Virus record (IMG/VR): IMGVR_UViG_3300048854_000081 | Coordinates: 128,001 to 192,000 of that record | Direction: 5' to 3' (one strand) | Length of the DNA: 64,000 nt | Origin: a virus | Taxonomy: Duplodnaviria; Caudoviricetes | In this document: piece by piece, positions 19,983 to 30,600 of the stretch | Position numbering within the stretch: the first letter of the stretch is position 1 | Layout of the letters: each line of letters starts with the position of its first letter | Program-made: the position numbers and the translations under genes | Notes under the pieces: model-generated | Seen by the model: the letters and a program-made list of their open reading frames with translations, nothing else | Databases searched by the model: none | Told to the model about the DNA's origin: nothing

Positions 19983-20785
19983 CATTCTACATCATCAAAT
20001 GGTATATCTTTGACCACTCCACCATCGATAACAAATGAATCCTTAGGTGGATCATTAATGTCTGCATCGATGGCATCCGAGAACGACTGATTCTGACGCA
20101 ATGTCTGAAGACGGACGTGAATCGTCTCAACGAAGTTCTTCTTGAAGTCGATAGGTGCCTGCAACCAGCCGTATGTACTGAAGATAATACTACATACGTT
20201 TAACTTTCTATCCGTACCAGATGGATAGTTCTCTTCAAATCCAATATTCTCTCTTTCCAATACCGTAATCTTTGCGCCATCAAATGGATCATCGCTGGTC
20301 TGAATCTGGATGGAAGGATTAAATAAGGTTAAAATTTGCTCTAGAATCTGGAACTTTTGCGATTCATTGGAAGTGAAGATGTTCAATTCGAATGCCAATT
20401 TATAAGGCATTGGAGTTAAACGATGGGGAACAACAATATCTTCAAGTCTTCCACCACGGGGAACAACAGCACGACGTTCTACCGTACCCAAACCCTTCTG
20501 GCGCTCAGGAGCGGGAGCCAAATCTACTAACTTAGCCGAAAACATTGGTAAACGTAATGGTTTATTAGTTGTATTTCCAGCAATCACAGCATCTACCACA
20601 CGATCTGCACCACCATATCTAATAGGAATCTGTATTAGATTAGTCTGCGAGTTGAAATCGTTCTTACCTATAGAAACATACATGTCCGAGAAGACAGCCA
20701 TGAACTGCTCGATATATGAAACTAATTGCTTATCGTACCAGTAATTTTCAAATGGTTTATCAAAATATACTTGTTCGTCACTCAT
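19982..20785 (-). CDS. gp15: Tail sheath stabilizer / tail terminator
   Basis: YWYDKQL, IPIRYG, PMPYKLAFELNI, QILEQILTLFNP. Confidence 0.85.
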   Translation of the reverse strand: MSDEQVYFDKPFENYWYDKQLVSYIEQFMAVFSDMYVSIGKNDFNSQTNLIQIPIRYGGADRVVDAVIAGNTTNKPLRLPMFSAKLVDLAPAPERQKGLGTVERRAVVPRGGRLEDIVVPHRLTPMPYKLAFELNIFTSNESQKFQILEQILTLFNPSIQIQTSDDPFDGAKITVLERENIGFEENYPSGTDRKLNVCSIIFSTYGWLQAPIDFKKNFVETIHVRLQTLRQNQSFSDAIDADINDPPKDSFVIDGGVVKDIPFDDVE

Positions 20786-20810
20786 ATGGTCACCTTTACC
20801 TTATTTATTA

Positions 20811-22058
20811 TCATGGAGGTGGTGCAGATGGTGATGGTGTTGGGTCAGGTGTAGGAGCAATTGTTGGTGTAGGTGTTGCCTCTGGCGTTACTGTCAAAGT
20901 CACGGACGGAGTTGGGGTTACTTCTGGTGTCACCGTCATGGTCACTGATGGTGTAGGAGTTACTGTATCACTTAACGAAATTGTTGGAGTGATAGATGGG
21001 GTAACCGTCAATGACGCAGTGATGGAAGGTGTAACAGTAATCGTAGGTGAAACGCTGATAGTCAACGAAATCGTTGGAGTTATCGACGGAGTTATACTTG
21101 GGGTAATCGTCGCGGTAACTGATGGCGTAGGAGTCAAGGACGAACCCGGAGCCGGAGTTGAGGTTGGGGTTACCGAAGGTGTTGGTGTGACTGTCGCCGT
21201 TGCCGTAGGTGTCATGGTTGTGGTTACAGCCGGAGTATTGCTGGTCGATGGTGTTACTGTCAACGTTGGAGTAACCGATGGAGTCGATGTCAATGATGGA
21301 GTCAACGAAAGTGTTGGCGTTACGGATGGTGTATCCGATATGGTTGGTGTCAATGTTGGTGTAACTGGCGGTGTTTCCGATGGAGTTACAGAAATCGTAG
21401 GCGTAATCGATGGCGTCTCCGATGGAGTTGGAGTTACCGAAGCTGTCAATGATGGCGTTACCGATATGGTAGGAGTCACAGACGCAGTTGGTGATGCTGT
21501 CTGTGTTGGTGTAATGGTTGGACTGATTGCCGGAGTCGAACTTGGAGTGATAGATACCGACATCGTGATACCCGGAGTCGAGGTCGGTGTAACCTGTGGT
21601 GTCTTCGATGGGGTCAACGATGGCGATGCTGTAGGTGTAGGTGTGGCACTCAATATGATAGTTGAGGTTGGAGTTATCGTTGGTGTAGCCGATGGTGTAG
21701 GTGTAGGCGTGGAAGAAATAGGAACTGGGGTGATTGTTTCCAATACCGTACCAAAATACAAAACTTCTACGAAACCAGTGTAAGAATTGTTACCAAAATC
21801 TACAGTGAATACGTTATCATCCACCACTAAGGTGTTTGCCTCTACTTTAGTAAAGCCTGAGGTTGCATCACCAATATAAACTCTAATGGATAGGTCGCTT
21901 GAATTAAAGTAATGATTAACCGTCCACAACGATGATGCTGTGGTTTGATTGAATTGAAAAGAATTTTGGAAATCTTCAAAATTCTTTTCCGCATTGACTA
22001 CTCTACCAGTGATTTTATCTAATAGAACCTTTTTGTAATTAGAAAATAACTTAATCAT
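20811..22058 (-). CDS. Mucin-like virion protein: ~110-aa N-terminal domain plus a ~305-aa Thr/Pro/Ser tract
   Basis: Continuous TPTP/TPSVT/TPSIT repeats to the C-terminus. The likely start is 22058 (ATGA overlap with the upstream stop); the track starts at 22079. Confidence 0.75.
   Translation of the reverse strand: MIKLFSNYKKVLLDKITGRVVNAEKNFEDFQNSFQFNQTTASSLWTVNHYFNSSDLSIRVYIGDATSGFTKVEANTLVVDDNVFTVDFGNNSYTGFVEVLYFGTVLETITPVPISSTPTPTPSATPTITPTSTIILSATPTPTASPSLTPSKTPQVTPTSTPGITMSVSITPSSTPAISPTITPTQTASPTASVTPTISVTPSLTASVTPTPSETPSITPTISVTPSETPPVTPTLTPTISDTPSVTPTLSLTPSLTSTPSVTPTLTVTPSTSNTPAVTTTMTPTATATVTPTPSVTPTSTPAPGSSLTPTPSVTATITPSITPSITPTISLTISVSPTITVTPSITASLTVTPSITPTISLSDTVTPTPSVTMTVTPEVTPTPSVTLTVTPEATPTPTIAPTPDPTPSPSAPPP
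20814..21737 (-). repeat. Degenerate Thr/Pro/Ser codon repeat tract
   Basis: TP[S/T][V/I]T units repeated at protein level with variable codons. Confidence 0.9.
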
Positions 22059-24685
22059 TGGGTTAGTTTGCCCGCCCAAGTGTCAATAACAACATCAGTA
22101 TAAGCCGATGCACTTGGTAGTAATCCAAAAACATGACCATCGTTATAAATGTCGGAGGCACCTGAATAGTTCATCGTCTGAGTAGGGATATCAAATACAT
22201 AGATACCAAATCCAAAGGTATAAATTGTGATAGTATTTGCATTACTCTTTACAGTTCTCAGTCTAGCATCGGTAGCAGTCATACCTTGGAATTGATTCTG
22301 TGGTATCTGGTTTGTCAATGTTAAGGATGTGACATCTGTAACGTTATTAGTTGAATCTAGCGATCTAACGTTTAGTACACAGAATTCTGGAACGTCAGTT
22401 GTGACATCACTGCTAGCACCAAAAGTTAAGCTTGAAGGTGGTACAACTGGATTTATTACGAACAAGTAATTATCAGTTATGCTTATATAACCATAATCAT
22501 TAGCATTATAGATTACATTTTCAAGCTGTTGGGTTGCTCTATTATAGACGGCAACATAGGATTCATTGCTATCAATTACATTCTGAGACGTTAGGAATAG
22601 GTCTTGTCTTCTGCTATTGATGTTATTTGCAACGGATATGTAATCCTTCTCACCAAAGCTCTTGGATTCATAAATTTCACCATTGGTATCTTCCAAATTA
22701 TCTAAATGATATAAAGGAATTGTATCGGAAGATTGAATTACATCGAATGTATAAGTGACATCGACAGACGAATCTTCCACATTAATATTGGTTAGTCCAA
22801 TTTTGATTAATGTAAGTTTGTTCGTTTCATCTTCAACACCTAACATAAAGGCTGTACCATCACCCAAAACGTCCATACCATGCAAACCAACACAAGTTGT
22901 TGAGTTGGAGTTGGTAAAATCGTTCAATTGATTGACAGCAAGTTGGTTACCATTGGAAAATACAACAAGAGAATCGATATTTTGGCTGGTAGAGAATCTA
23001 TATGTGCCGTATTGTAGTCCAGTTGTAATATCTACCGCGTATGCAGATATCGATATGAAGCCTTCCGAATTATTTGGGATGGTGAATACTGGATGGGTTA
23101 TAGATGGTGCGAAACTACTATCATATTCGAAATCATTATCGGCATAGATACCAGACCAATAAAGATTACCGTCATTGCGATCTGTACCGACAAAGTTAGG
23201 TGGGTTTATGGATATGAATCCACCATTATCAAATCCACGAAGTTTACGTGTAAATTTATCTCCGACATCCTCACCATCACTGGAAACGCGCCACGATACA
23301 CTAAATTGACCAATATCATTACGAGTAGCACCATCAAATGAAGATAGTGCTACTTGTGCTGTTTTATCATTAGCATTCGTTAATGGGAATGCTGATTTAT
23401 AGAATAAAGAAATAGCATCTGGCGAATTCGATATTACTGTTGGTGAAGTGGTTACCGATGGTGTAATTGTAGGCGTTGGTGATGGTGTCACTGTTGTCGA
23501 ACTAGTAACCGTTGGGGTTGGAGTTAGAGTTGCCGAAAGTGTGACTGTCGGGGTTTGTGTATGCGTTGGTGTTGGAGTAGGGGAAATACCCAACGAAGAT
23601 GTTGGTGTAGGTGTTAACGATTGTGTGGCCGTTACCGATGGAGACAACGATGTTGTTGGGGTTGGTGAGGGAGTCAAGCTAACACTACGCGATGGCGTAA
23701 TGGTTGGGGTTGGTGAAGGTGTTGGACCCGGAATTCTGTTCTCAATCCATACAATTTCTTGTAGATCGATGAATACCGTGTCAGATGAGACAATGTGTCC
23801 CACTTTCTGTAGAGAATACTGTTGTGGAACGTCAACTGTGATCTGACCAGTATCACCAACGAACAATGGTGTGTTAGGTGCTTGGGTCCAATTCCAATTG
23901 TTATAATTGGTTAGAAAACCTTTTGTAATAAACTGTTTGACTTCATTGATACCAGCCGGTTCGACTGAAATGCCCACGCATGGGCGGGTGTAGTCGATAT
24001 AGGACGCAACACCAAGTTGCTTTGGTCCTTTCCATGTCAAGCAATGATAAGCTGGAATAGGTTCAATAGCTTTACCATCCATAAGAATGGAGTCGATTTT
24101 ATAAGCATTATGAATGTCTTGCTGGGTGTGAACCGGGTCTTCGGTCGTTAGAAAATAGTATCTACCACTACGATCTACCACGCGAAGGGCAATTCCATTT
24201 ACGTCAAATAGGATATAACCAAAAGATATCTGACCATTTAGTGCAACTTGCGATCCGATTGGCTGTGGCGTGAAAATACCACCGCTACCAATCTTACCAG
24301 CAAACACGCGAAGCTTTTCGTTCCAAGCTACGCCACTCCACACTTTCATTTTCTTATCAGCATAATCAAAGAAATGCTGACCTACCGAAGGATTGGCTGG
24401 TAATGAATTACCATAGGATGGTGCGTATGGGGTGGTGCCGAAGGTTCTAAGGCCAGTGGCAAGATCGATATCCCAATAAAGATAGGTATCTATCCCGGTA
24501 GGGAATGGACCCCATGCTCCTACAACTGCTTCGGCTTCCGTAAACAAATAATCATGAGTACCGTAAGCAAATGCAATATCTAGACGTTGAACATCTACGT
24601 TAATATTAACTTTACCACCCACAAGTTGTAGGTAGTTGTTATTCACTTGCGCTGCGATTATGCCTTGGCGAAAATTTATGATCAT
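22055..24685 (-). CDS. Virion fibre/decoration-like protein with a central Thr/Pro/Ser tract
   Basis: N-terminal structural region, ~100-aa TP tract (~23430-23730), beta-rich C-terminal region. Confidence 0.65.
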   Translation of the reverse strand: MIINFRQGIIAAQVNNNYLQLVGGKVNINVDVQRLDIAFAYGTHDYLFTEAEAVVGAWGPFPTGIDTYLYWDIDLATGLRTFGTTPYAPSYGNSLPANPSVGQHFFDYADKKMKVWSGVAWNEKLRVFAGKIGSGGIFTPQPIGSQVALNGQISFGYILFDVNGIALRVVDRSGRYYFLTTEDPVHTQQDIHNAYKIDSILMDGKAIEPIPAYHCLTWKGPKQLGVASYIDYTRPCVGISVEPAGINEVKQFITKGFLTNYNNWNWTQAPNTPLFVGDTGQITVDVPQQYSLQKVGHIVSSDTVFIDLQEIVWIENRIPGPTPSPTPTITPSRSVSLTPSPTPTTSLSPSVTATQSLTPTPTSSLGISPTPTPTHTQTPTVTLSATLTPTPTVTSSTTVTPSPTPTITPSVTTSPTVISNSPDAISLFYKSAFPLTNANDKTAQVALSSFDGATRNDIGQFSVSWRVSSDGEDVGDKFTRKLRGFDNGGFISINPPNFVGTDRNDGNLYWSGIYADNDFEYDSSFAPSITHPVFTIPNNSEGFISISAYAVDITTGLQYGTYRFSTSQNIDSLVVFSNGNQLAVNQLNDFTNSNSTTCVGLHGMDVLGDGTAFMLGVEDETNKLTLIKIGLTNINVEDSSVDVTYTFDVIQSSDTIPLYHLDNLEDTNGEIYESKSFGEKDYISVANNINSRRQDLFLTSQNVIDSNESYVAVYNRATQQLENVIYNANDYGYISITDNYLFVINPVVPPSSLTFGASSDVTTDVPEFCVLNVRSLDSTNNVTDVTSLTLTNQIPQNQFQGMTATDARLRTVKSNANTITIYTFGFGIYVFDIPTQTMNYSGASDIYNDGHVFGLLPSASAYTDVVIDTWAGKLTQ

Positions 24686-24743
24686 AGGAATAAGGAGTCT
24701 TTAATCATACTATTTATTCCCATGACCAATTAAGTCATTTTAC

Positions 24744-27560
24744 TCAGGTAAATGCAGATGTTGGTGGGATGAACCCGGCTGAAGTATATGGTGAAGACAT
24801 GCGCGTTACGCGAACCTCATCAATATAGCCAACCCAAGGATAGCCAGTATTGTAATAAACACCGATATTTAATTCGGTTGAGCTTCCGAAATTATCTCCA
24901 CTATCAATCGCATTAATGACAACCGTACCATTAATAGCTAACATGATAGCCGTACCGACTCGATATGCGGCCCAATGGAACCAACCAGTAGGAATAGTTG
25001 TAGCTGCTGATGCTTCTACTGATCCATTATGATAAAGTTGCCATGTTAATCCAGCATCATCCCAGCCACAACCAAGAGAGCTTGGTGAGCTATTTAAGAA
25101 CATCTGGAAGATGCCTCTAGGGGTCGCCGTTGCGTTTGCCCAACCTTCTATACAGAAATCACCATCAAGAGTACTACCAATGTTTGTAGTTCTCACATAA
25201 CCACCATTTACGAACAACGATGAACCACCAAATTTAGACTGAGCAGTCGATATTTGGGCTGGTGCAGTGCGTGTCCATGTGGTTGTCCCATGAGAATCCG
25301 TTATCGTCGTACTACCATTTGCTCCATCAAAATGTAGTAATGGACCGGTAGAAGCTATAGGCGAGTGAGTTACAGACGGAGTAGGAGTTACCGGAGGTGT
25401 TTTTGTGACTGATGACGTGACTGTAATGGTTGGCGTGACTGTCGGGGACGTTACTAATGTCTTAGTAATTGATGGTGTTAGTGTAATTGTTGGTGTAGGC
25501 GTTGGTGTTAGTGAAAAAGCATCCAATGTGAACGTACGCTTCTCGGCTGCGCCCCAAGCAGTTTGGTTGGTAATCGTTGCTGCAACTATCCAACTACTAT
25601 TATCATCAGAATATTCTATGGTGAAGTTTTTTGGCGCAAGAGCAGACTGATCCCCACCATTATATTGACCAGTCACACCAACAGTTTTAACCAATGTTGG
25701 CGTACCAAAATCCCAACCAATATAACCAGTAGTGCTACCAGCCGTCCATTTTGTTGAAACTAATCCATCAAACGCAAATGATCCATTATTGGCGCTATTT
25801 GCTTCACTTGATTCCAAATAGTTAGACCCTGCCAAGGCAGATTTTACTAGATTCACCGATGAGGTGCTATCATTATAGAAGGCCAGTTCAGCAACACCTA
25901 CATAGTTTGAATCTCCATTATTTAAGGAAATATTCATTCTCCAATATCTATGTGCAAACGCTGCCCATCCCGATGATGGGGTTGGCGTTGGTGTGGAAGA
26001 TATAGTTGGAGTTACAGAGATTGTAGGTGTAATCGTTCTAGAGACAGTGATACTTTTAGTGACAGATGGGGTTATCGTTATTGTCTTTGTTACAGATGGG
26101 GTTACCGTTGGGGTCAAAGTCTGTGTTGGTGTTGGAGTAGGCGTAATAAAGAAATCACGCTTAATACCAAAATTACGCATATAAGAGTTTGAACCACCAT
26201 TGTGATCGCCATTAAGACCTACAAAGTTACCGAACTGCTGTAATGGAATAGATGTGGCAACTACTGCTCCATCAACCAACATTTCTAATGTAATACCTGC
26301 GTCAGCCAGAGTTTTTACTCTAATAGTTACTGACTTCCAAACACCTGTTGGTAATGCATAGAGTGTTCCACCATTACCGATGGTTGGGTCATCTGTTTGA
26401 GCCCAGCTTGTCCAAGAGAAGTTCTGTAAGAAACCACAGTATAGTGTTGGTCCACCAGAATTTCCATTATTATAGTTTCTGGAATCGAAACGAGCCATGA
26501 TACCATGACCATTCGAATCACAACCAAGTAGAACGTCAGACACAGAATCCGTGTTTACCATGTACACGTCTACTGTGATTTGAGTTGAGATATCAAATGG
26601 CTGCGAACAGTTGATGTAAGCATAAGAATCCTCAGGAACACCAATTACCTGCAAGCTTGGATTTGTTGGATCAGGTGACATCACTGCGCCAACGTTCGTC
26701 CAACCACTTAGTGATGAACCATCAAAGGTACAATCATGCTGTGTTAGTGTTACTGATGGAGTTGGAGTCAATGTTTGCGTAACCGTTGCCGAAGGCGTGA
26801 ATGTACTCGTGTTTGTTGGTGTTGGTGTTATACCCGGAGTACCTGTTAAGGTAGGAGTTGCACTATTACCGGGAGTTCCGGATGGTGTAATAGAAACTGT
26901 GGCTGTTGGAGTAGCCGTATTTGTTGGGGTAAATGTTGGGGTAATAGATGGAGTAATAGAAACGGTAGCTGTTGGTGTTACCGTCGAGTCCATACTACCA
27001 GTTACCGAAACGGATACCGTATTCGATGGAGTAATAGATGGAGTTACCGAAATTGTGTTGGTGACGGACGGCGTTACAGTATTTGTTGCTGTCGCCGTTA
27101 GGGTTGGACTGGGAGACACCGATGGAGTATGTGAAACCGATAGCGTTACCGTCTGAGTTGGTGTCAGCGTTGGTGTAGGACTTGGAGTAATGGATGGATC
27201 AGGATAATTACAATTGTCCGTTCTATCTGTTGAATCCAAAAACACTAAATTTACATAGCCTGTAACCGGCTTTGAGAAGGTAATTTCTATGGCACAACCA
27301 TCAATAATTCTGACATCTGCGGATGCAAGTTCGTTATCTAGGTAAATATTTTCAGTAAACGCTTTCGATTTGGCGTTATGATAGATCGTCCATACGTTAG
27401 ATAGATCATATTGGATATGTTGGTACCCAAATACTGCATCATATACTTCATCCTTGGCGACCAAAACACCATCACTGAATCGTCTGAATAATTGTTTAAT
27501 ATTATTTTTATCGACCGAATGAGTCAGTGATGGTGTTGGAGTTGGGGTTAAGTCCGCCAT
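24744..27560 (-). CDS. Modular adhesin-like virion protein: anchor - TP - ConA-like - TP - discoidin/F5-8C - TP - LamG
   Basis: HRYWRMNI...AFDG...YIGWDFG...PKNFTIEYSDD (discoidin-like); LLHFDGANGST...SKFGGSSL...DFCIEGW...YIDEVRVT (LamG); three TP tracts. Confidence 0.75.
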   Translation of the reverse strand: MADLTPTPTPSLTHSVDKNNIKQLFRRFSDGVLVAKDEVYDAVFGYQHIQYDLSNVWTIYHNAKSKAFTENIYLDNELASADVRIIDGCAIEITFSKPVTGYVNLVFLDSTDRTDNCNYPDPSITPSPTPTLTPTQTVTLSVSHTPSVSPSPTLTATATNTVTPSVTNTISVTPSITPSNTVSVSVTGSMDSTVTPTATVSITPSITPTFTPTNTATPTATVSITPSGTPGNSATPTLTGTPGITPTPTNTSTFTPSATVTQTLTPTPSVTLTQHDCTFDGSSLSGWTNVGAVMSPDPTNPSLQVIGVPEDSYAYINCSQPFDISTQITVDVYMVNTDSVSDVLLGCDSNGHGIMARFDSRNYNNGNSGGPTLYCGFLQNFSWTSWAQTDDPTIGNGGTLYALPTGVWKSVTIRVKTLADAGITLEMLVDGAVVATSIPLQQFGNFVGLNGDHNGGSNSYMRNFGIKRDFFITPTPTPTQTLTPTVTPSVTKTITITPSVTKSITVSRTITPTISVTPTISSTPTPTPSSGWAAFAHRYWRMNISLNNGDSNYVGVAELAFYNDSTSSVNLVKSALAGSNYLESSEANSANNGSFAFDGLVSTKWTAGSTTGYIGWDFGTPTLVKTVGVTGQYNGGDQSALAPKNFTIEYSDDNSSWIVAATITNQTAWGAAEKRTFTLDAFSLTPTPTPTITLTPSITKTLVTSPTVTPTITVTSSVTKTPPVTPTPSVTHSPIASTGPLLHFDGANGSTTITDSHGTTTWTRTAPAQISTAQSKFGGSSLFVNGGYVRTTNIGSTLDGDFCIEGWANATATPRGIFQMFLNSSPSSLGCGWDDAGLTWQLYHNGSVEASAATTIPTGWFHWAAYRVGTAIMLAINGTVVINAIDSGDNFGSSTELNIGVYYNTGYPWVGYIDEVRVTRMSSPYTSAGFIPPTSAFT

Positions 27561-27617
27561 GGTTCAATTAATCCGATAATCAACTATTTATTACCGGATC
27601 ATAATGTCTACAATTCC

Positions 27618-30600
27618 TCATGGACATTCACAACAGTTTGGACTTACGAAGGTACCGTCCGTACCGCCCGCACATACGCCCGCACAATCCTTTAGGTTGT
27701 GATGCAAGATGTACGAATTTTCTGTTTCACCAGCCCAAAAACACTTGTCGCCTACTGTAATGTGCTGTACTTCTTGATTACCAGCATCAGTTACAGAAAT
27801 TACTTCATCCCACATTGCTGCACCATTGATCATGGTAGCGATTTCTTCACCATAAACATCTGGTGCTAATAGGAAACCCTTATCCTTCGAAGGAATTGGA
27901 GCAGAGGTGGAACATACTAGCGAAGCACCCGACTTGGTTTCAATTCTTACACAAGGCTTAATTTCAGTCTTAGAGTAAGACACCACACCAGTACCCGGTT
28001 CAAGGGTTCTGTCATCAGCTAGAATCATAGTATCAGACACTTTAATATCACCAGCTAGTTTACCATCAGGTAGATATGAAGATACTGCTACACAACATTG
28101 ATAACCGATACTTGTACAATCTGGACATGCCGAAGCATTAGTTGGTGTAGGAGTCGGTGTTGGTTGTGGTGTATTCGATGGTGCTGGTGTGTTTGATGGT
28201 GCTGGTGTAGGAGTTACAGTCCTAGTTACCGTTGGTGTAATTGTTCTGGTAATGGTAACAGTAGGGGTAATCGTACTTGTTACCGTTGGGGTAATTGTAA
28301 GCGTTGGGGTAGTAGTCAACGTTGGTGTTGGGCTTGGTGTAGGTGTTGGTGATGGAGAAATTGGTACACCCGTGATTGCTTCGTAATGGGAGCGAATTTC
28401 ATCATCTTCCAAAGCTACGCCATACAATGAGAAGTTATCCAAACCACCGACATAGTTGTTTATGCTTGGTACGTTGTATGGAGAACCACCGATGCTTAGA
28501 CCGTAAATTTGCGAGAACAAGTTTGCACCCGAAACTGTTGTCGATGCTTCTTCCTGAGCATTGATGAAGATCGTCTGCTTATTACCCTGTCTTCTACACG
28601 TGATCATGTATGGTGTACCGTCAGCCGACACGGTTGTCTGTACTTCCGAGAATGCCTGATCGGTTGTAGCAATACGGTAAGCATACTTACCAGTATCTCT
28701 ATCAATATACAACATAAACTGTGGCTGCTGCGATCCAGCATTAAACGGAATGTAAACTAGAACTGGAATTGCAGCGTCCTGTTCCGTAACGTCAGCGTCC
28801 GAGAATATTTCAAACGTATAATCACCAGCCAAGTCTAGGAATGGACCATACTGGCCCAATACCATATTGTTCTGAGTAAAATCGTCAGATATTGTGATCG
28901 AACGTGCCGATTGCGAGAACAATCCAGCATCACCCAACGTTATGTTACCATTGAAGAAACCATCGTTACCATATAGTGAACTGTCGTGTGCAACCGTTGT
29001 GTTCAAGTCATCAAACTTGTAGTAAACAATTGGGTTACCATTTAGTACGGCAGTATCATACGCTGTAATTGGTACTGGCGAAGCTGTTGGTGTAATGGTT
29101 GGAACCGGGGTCATCGTAGGTGAGGCCGTGATGGTTGGGGTTACCGTAGGTGTACTAGTCAACGTTGGGGTAATCGTTGTGGTGCTGGTCAACGTTGGAG
29201 TCTGTGATGGTGTAGCAGTCACGCCCGGTGTGGCAGTGATTGTTGGGGTGATCGTTACCGTAGCAGTCATTGTCGGGGTAGCAGTCATCGTCGGAGTTAC
29301 CGATGGTGTCAACGATGGGCTTACCGATACAGTGATTGTTGGTGTAACTGATGGAGTTGGCGAAGGCGATGGTAGAGGTGGTAGGGTTGGAACCACAATG
29401 TTATCATCGATATCACAAGCACCACCCGGCTGAATGTTGTCAGACGTGATTGGAGCATTAACGTTGTTTACGTTAACATTCTGAGAAACGTCAAGCGCTA
29501 CCCATGAGGTCTTAAAGATATCGGAACTGTTGTACTTCAAGCTCATGGCATCATGTAGTGTAGCAAAGAAGATTGTGTTCACATTGGATGCGTCAAAGCC
29601 TTCGAAAATAGCGTACATAGCCGTTACAATATTATTCACATTGTCGAATGAGTATGTGGCTAGGAACGAGTTGATATCAATGTTAATGAAATCCTGAGAC
29701 GGATCATTCAAGATAGCCTGTATAGTCGATAGACCCAATTCTGGCGTGACGAAAATTTGCTCATCACCTAGACCATACTGAGTGTCAGTACCGTATAGGT
29801 TGTCGAATAGAATTCTGTCTAGCGAAGGAATCGTTACCGAAGTATCGATGATCTTGTCAACGACCGGATAACCGATCAATGAAGAGATTAGCTTTTCCCA
29901 CAAGTATTGATCGATCTTCTGTGTCTGCTTCTCACGGAATAGCTTCCATTCAACATGGACATTCTTAAGTGCAAGCGGTGTTCTGACAGCATTCTCAAAC
30001 GAATAATCGTAGATATCACCGTTGTATGGCATTCTGTCTCTCAACGTGAAGTCACGGATGAAGCGTAGAGCGTAACGCTCATCTTCATTAACGCCACCCT
30101 TCAATCCACGCACAACCAATTGGCTGTAACGGATTGGTAGATCGTATGGTAGAGAATCGAATACGTTACCGAAGATGACACCAAAGCCATCGTCCTGATA
30201 TCTTAGACCAGTCATAATCATGTAAGGATTTGGATTTGTAATCAAATCCTTCTGTGCCTGCAACAATGTGGACTGATAATTCGATGTGCTGGTCAATACC
30301 GTAGGCTTATTACTTACCCAAAAGTAGTAATAAGGAATTGGATCACCATTGTTTTCGTTAATCTTGTAGTTGGTCGAGTACGGTGTATCGTACTTGTAAA
30401 CAAGATTCGTCAAATCGTCCTGTGTTGGAATTGGCTTAGGAAGGATAACAGTGATGTAATCCTGAATGTTTGGCTTAACGGTTTGACCCGGTAGCATATC
30501 ACCATAAACATACTGACTGAAATCGTACTGATTTAGGTCCATGGAAAGATCGAACTTACCATTTCTGTAAACATTTACGACACCATCAAATGGGATCACC

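Noticed and set aside
20716-21783. 355-aa Val/Gly-rich + strand ORF, and similar ORFs at 23448, 25405, 25993, 26797, 28189, 29095 and 46547
   Set aside because: These are antisense shadows of Thr/Pro codons (ACN/CCN), whose reverse complement rarely contains stops; there is no independent coding evidence.
20814-29400. Repetitive GGTGT/GTTGG DNA as a possible CRISPR array or tandem repeat element
   Set aside because: There is no fixed repeat-spacer period; the pattern is explained by low-complexity protein coding.
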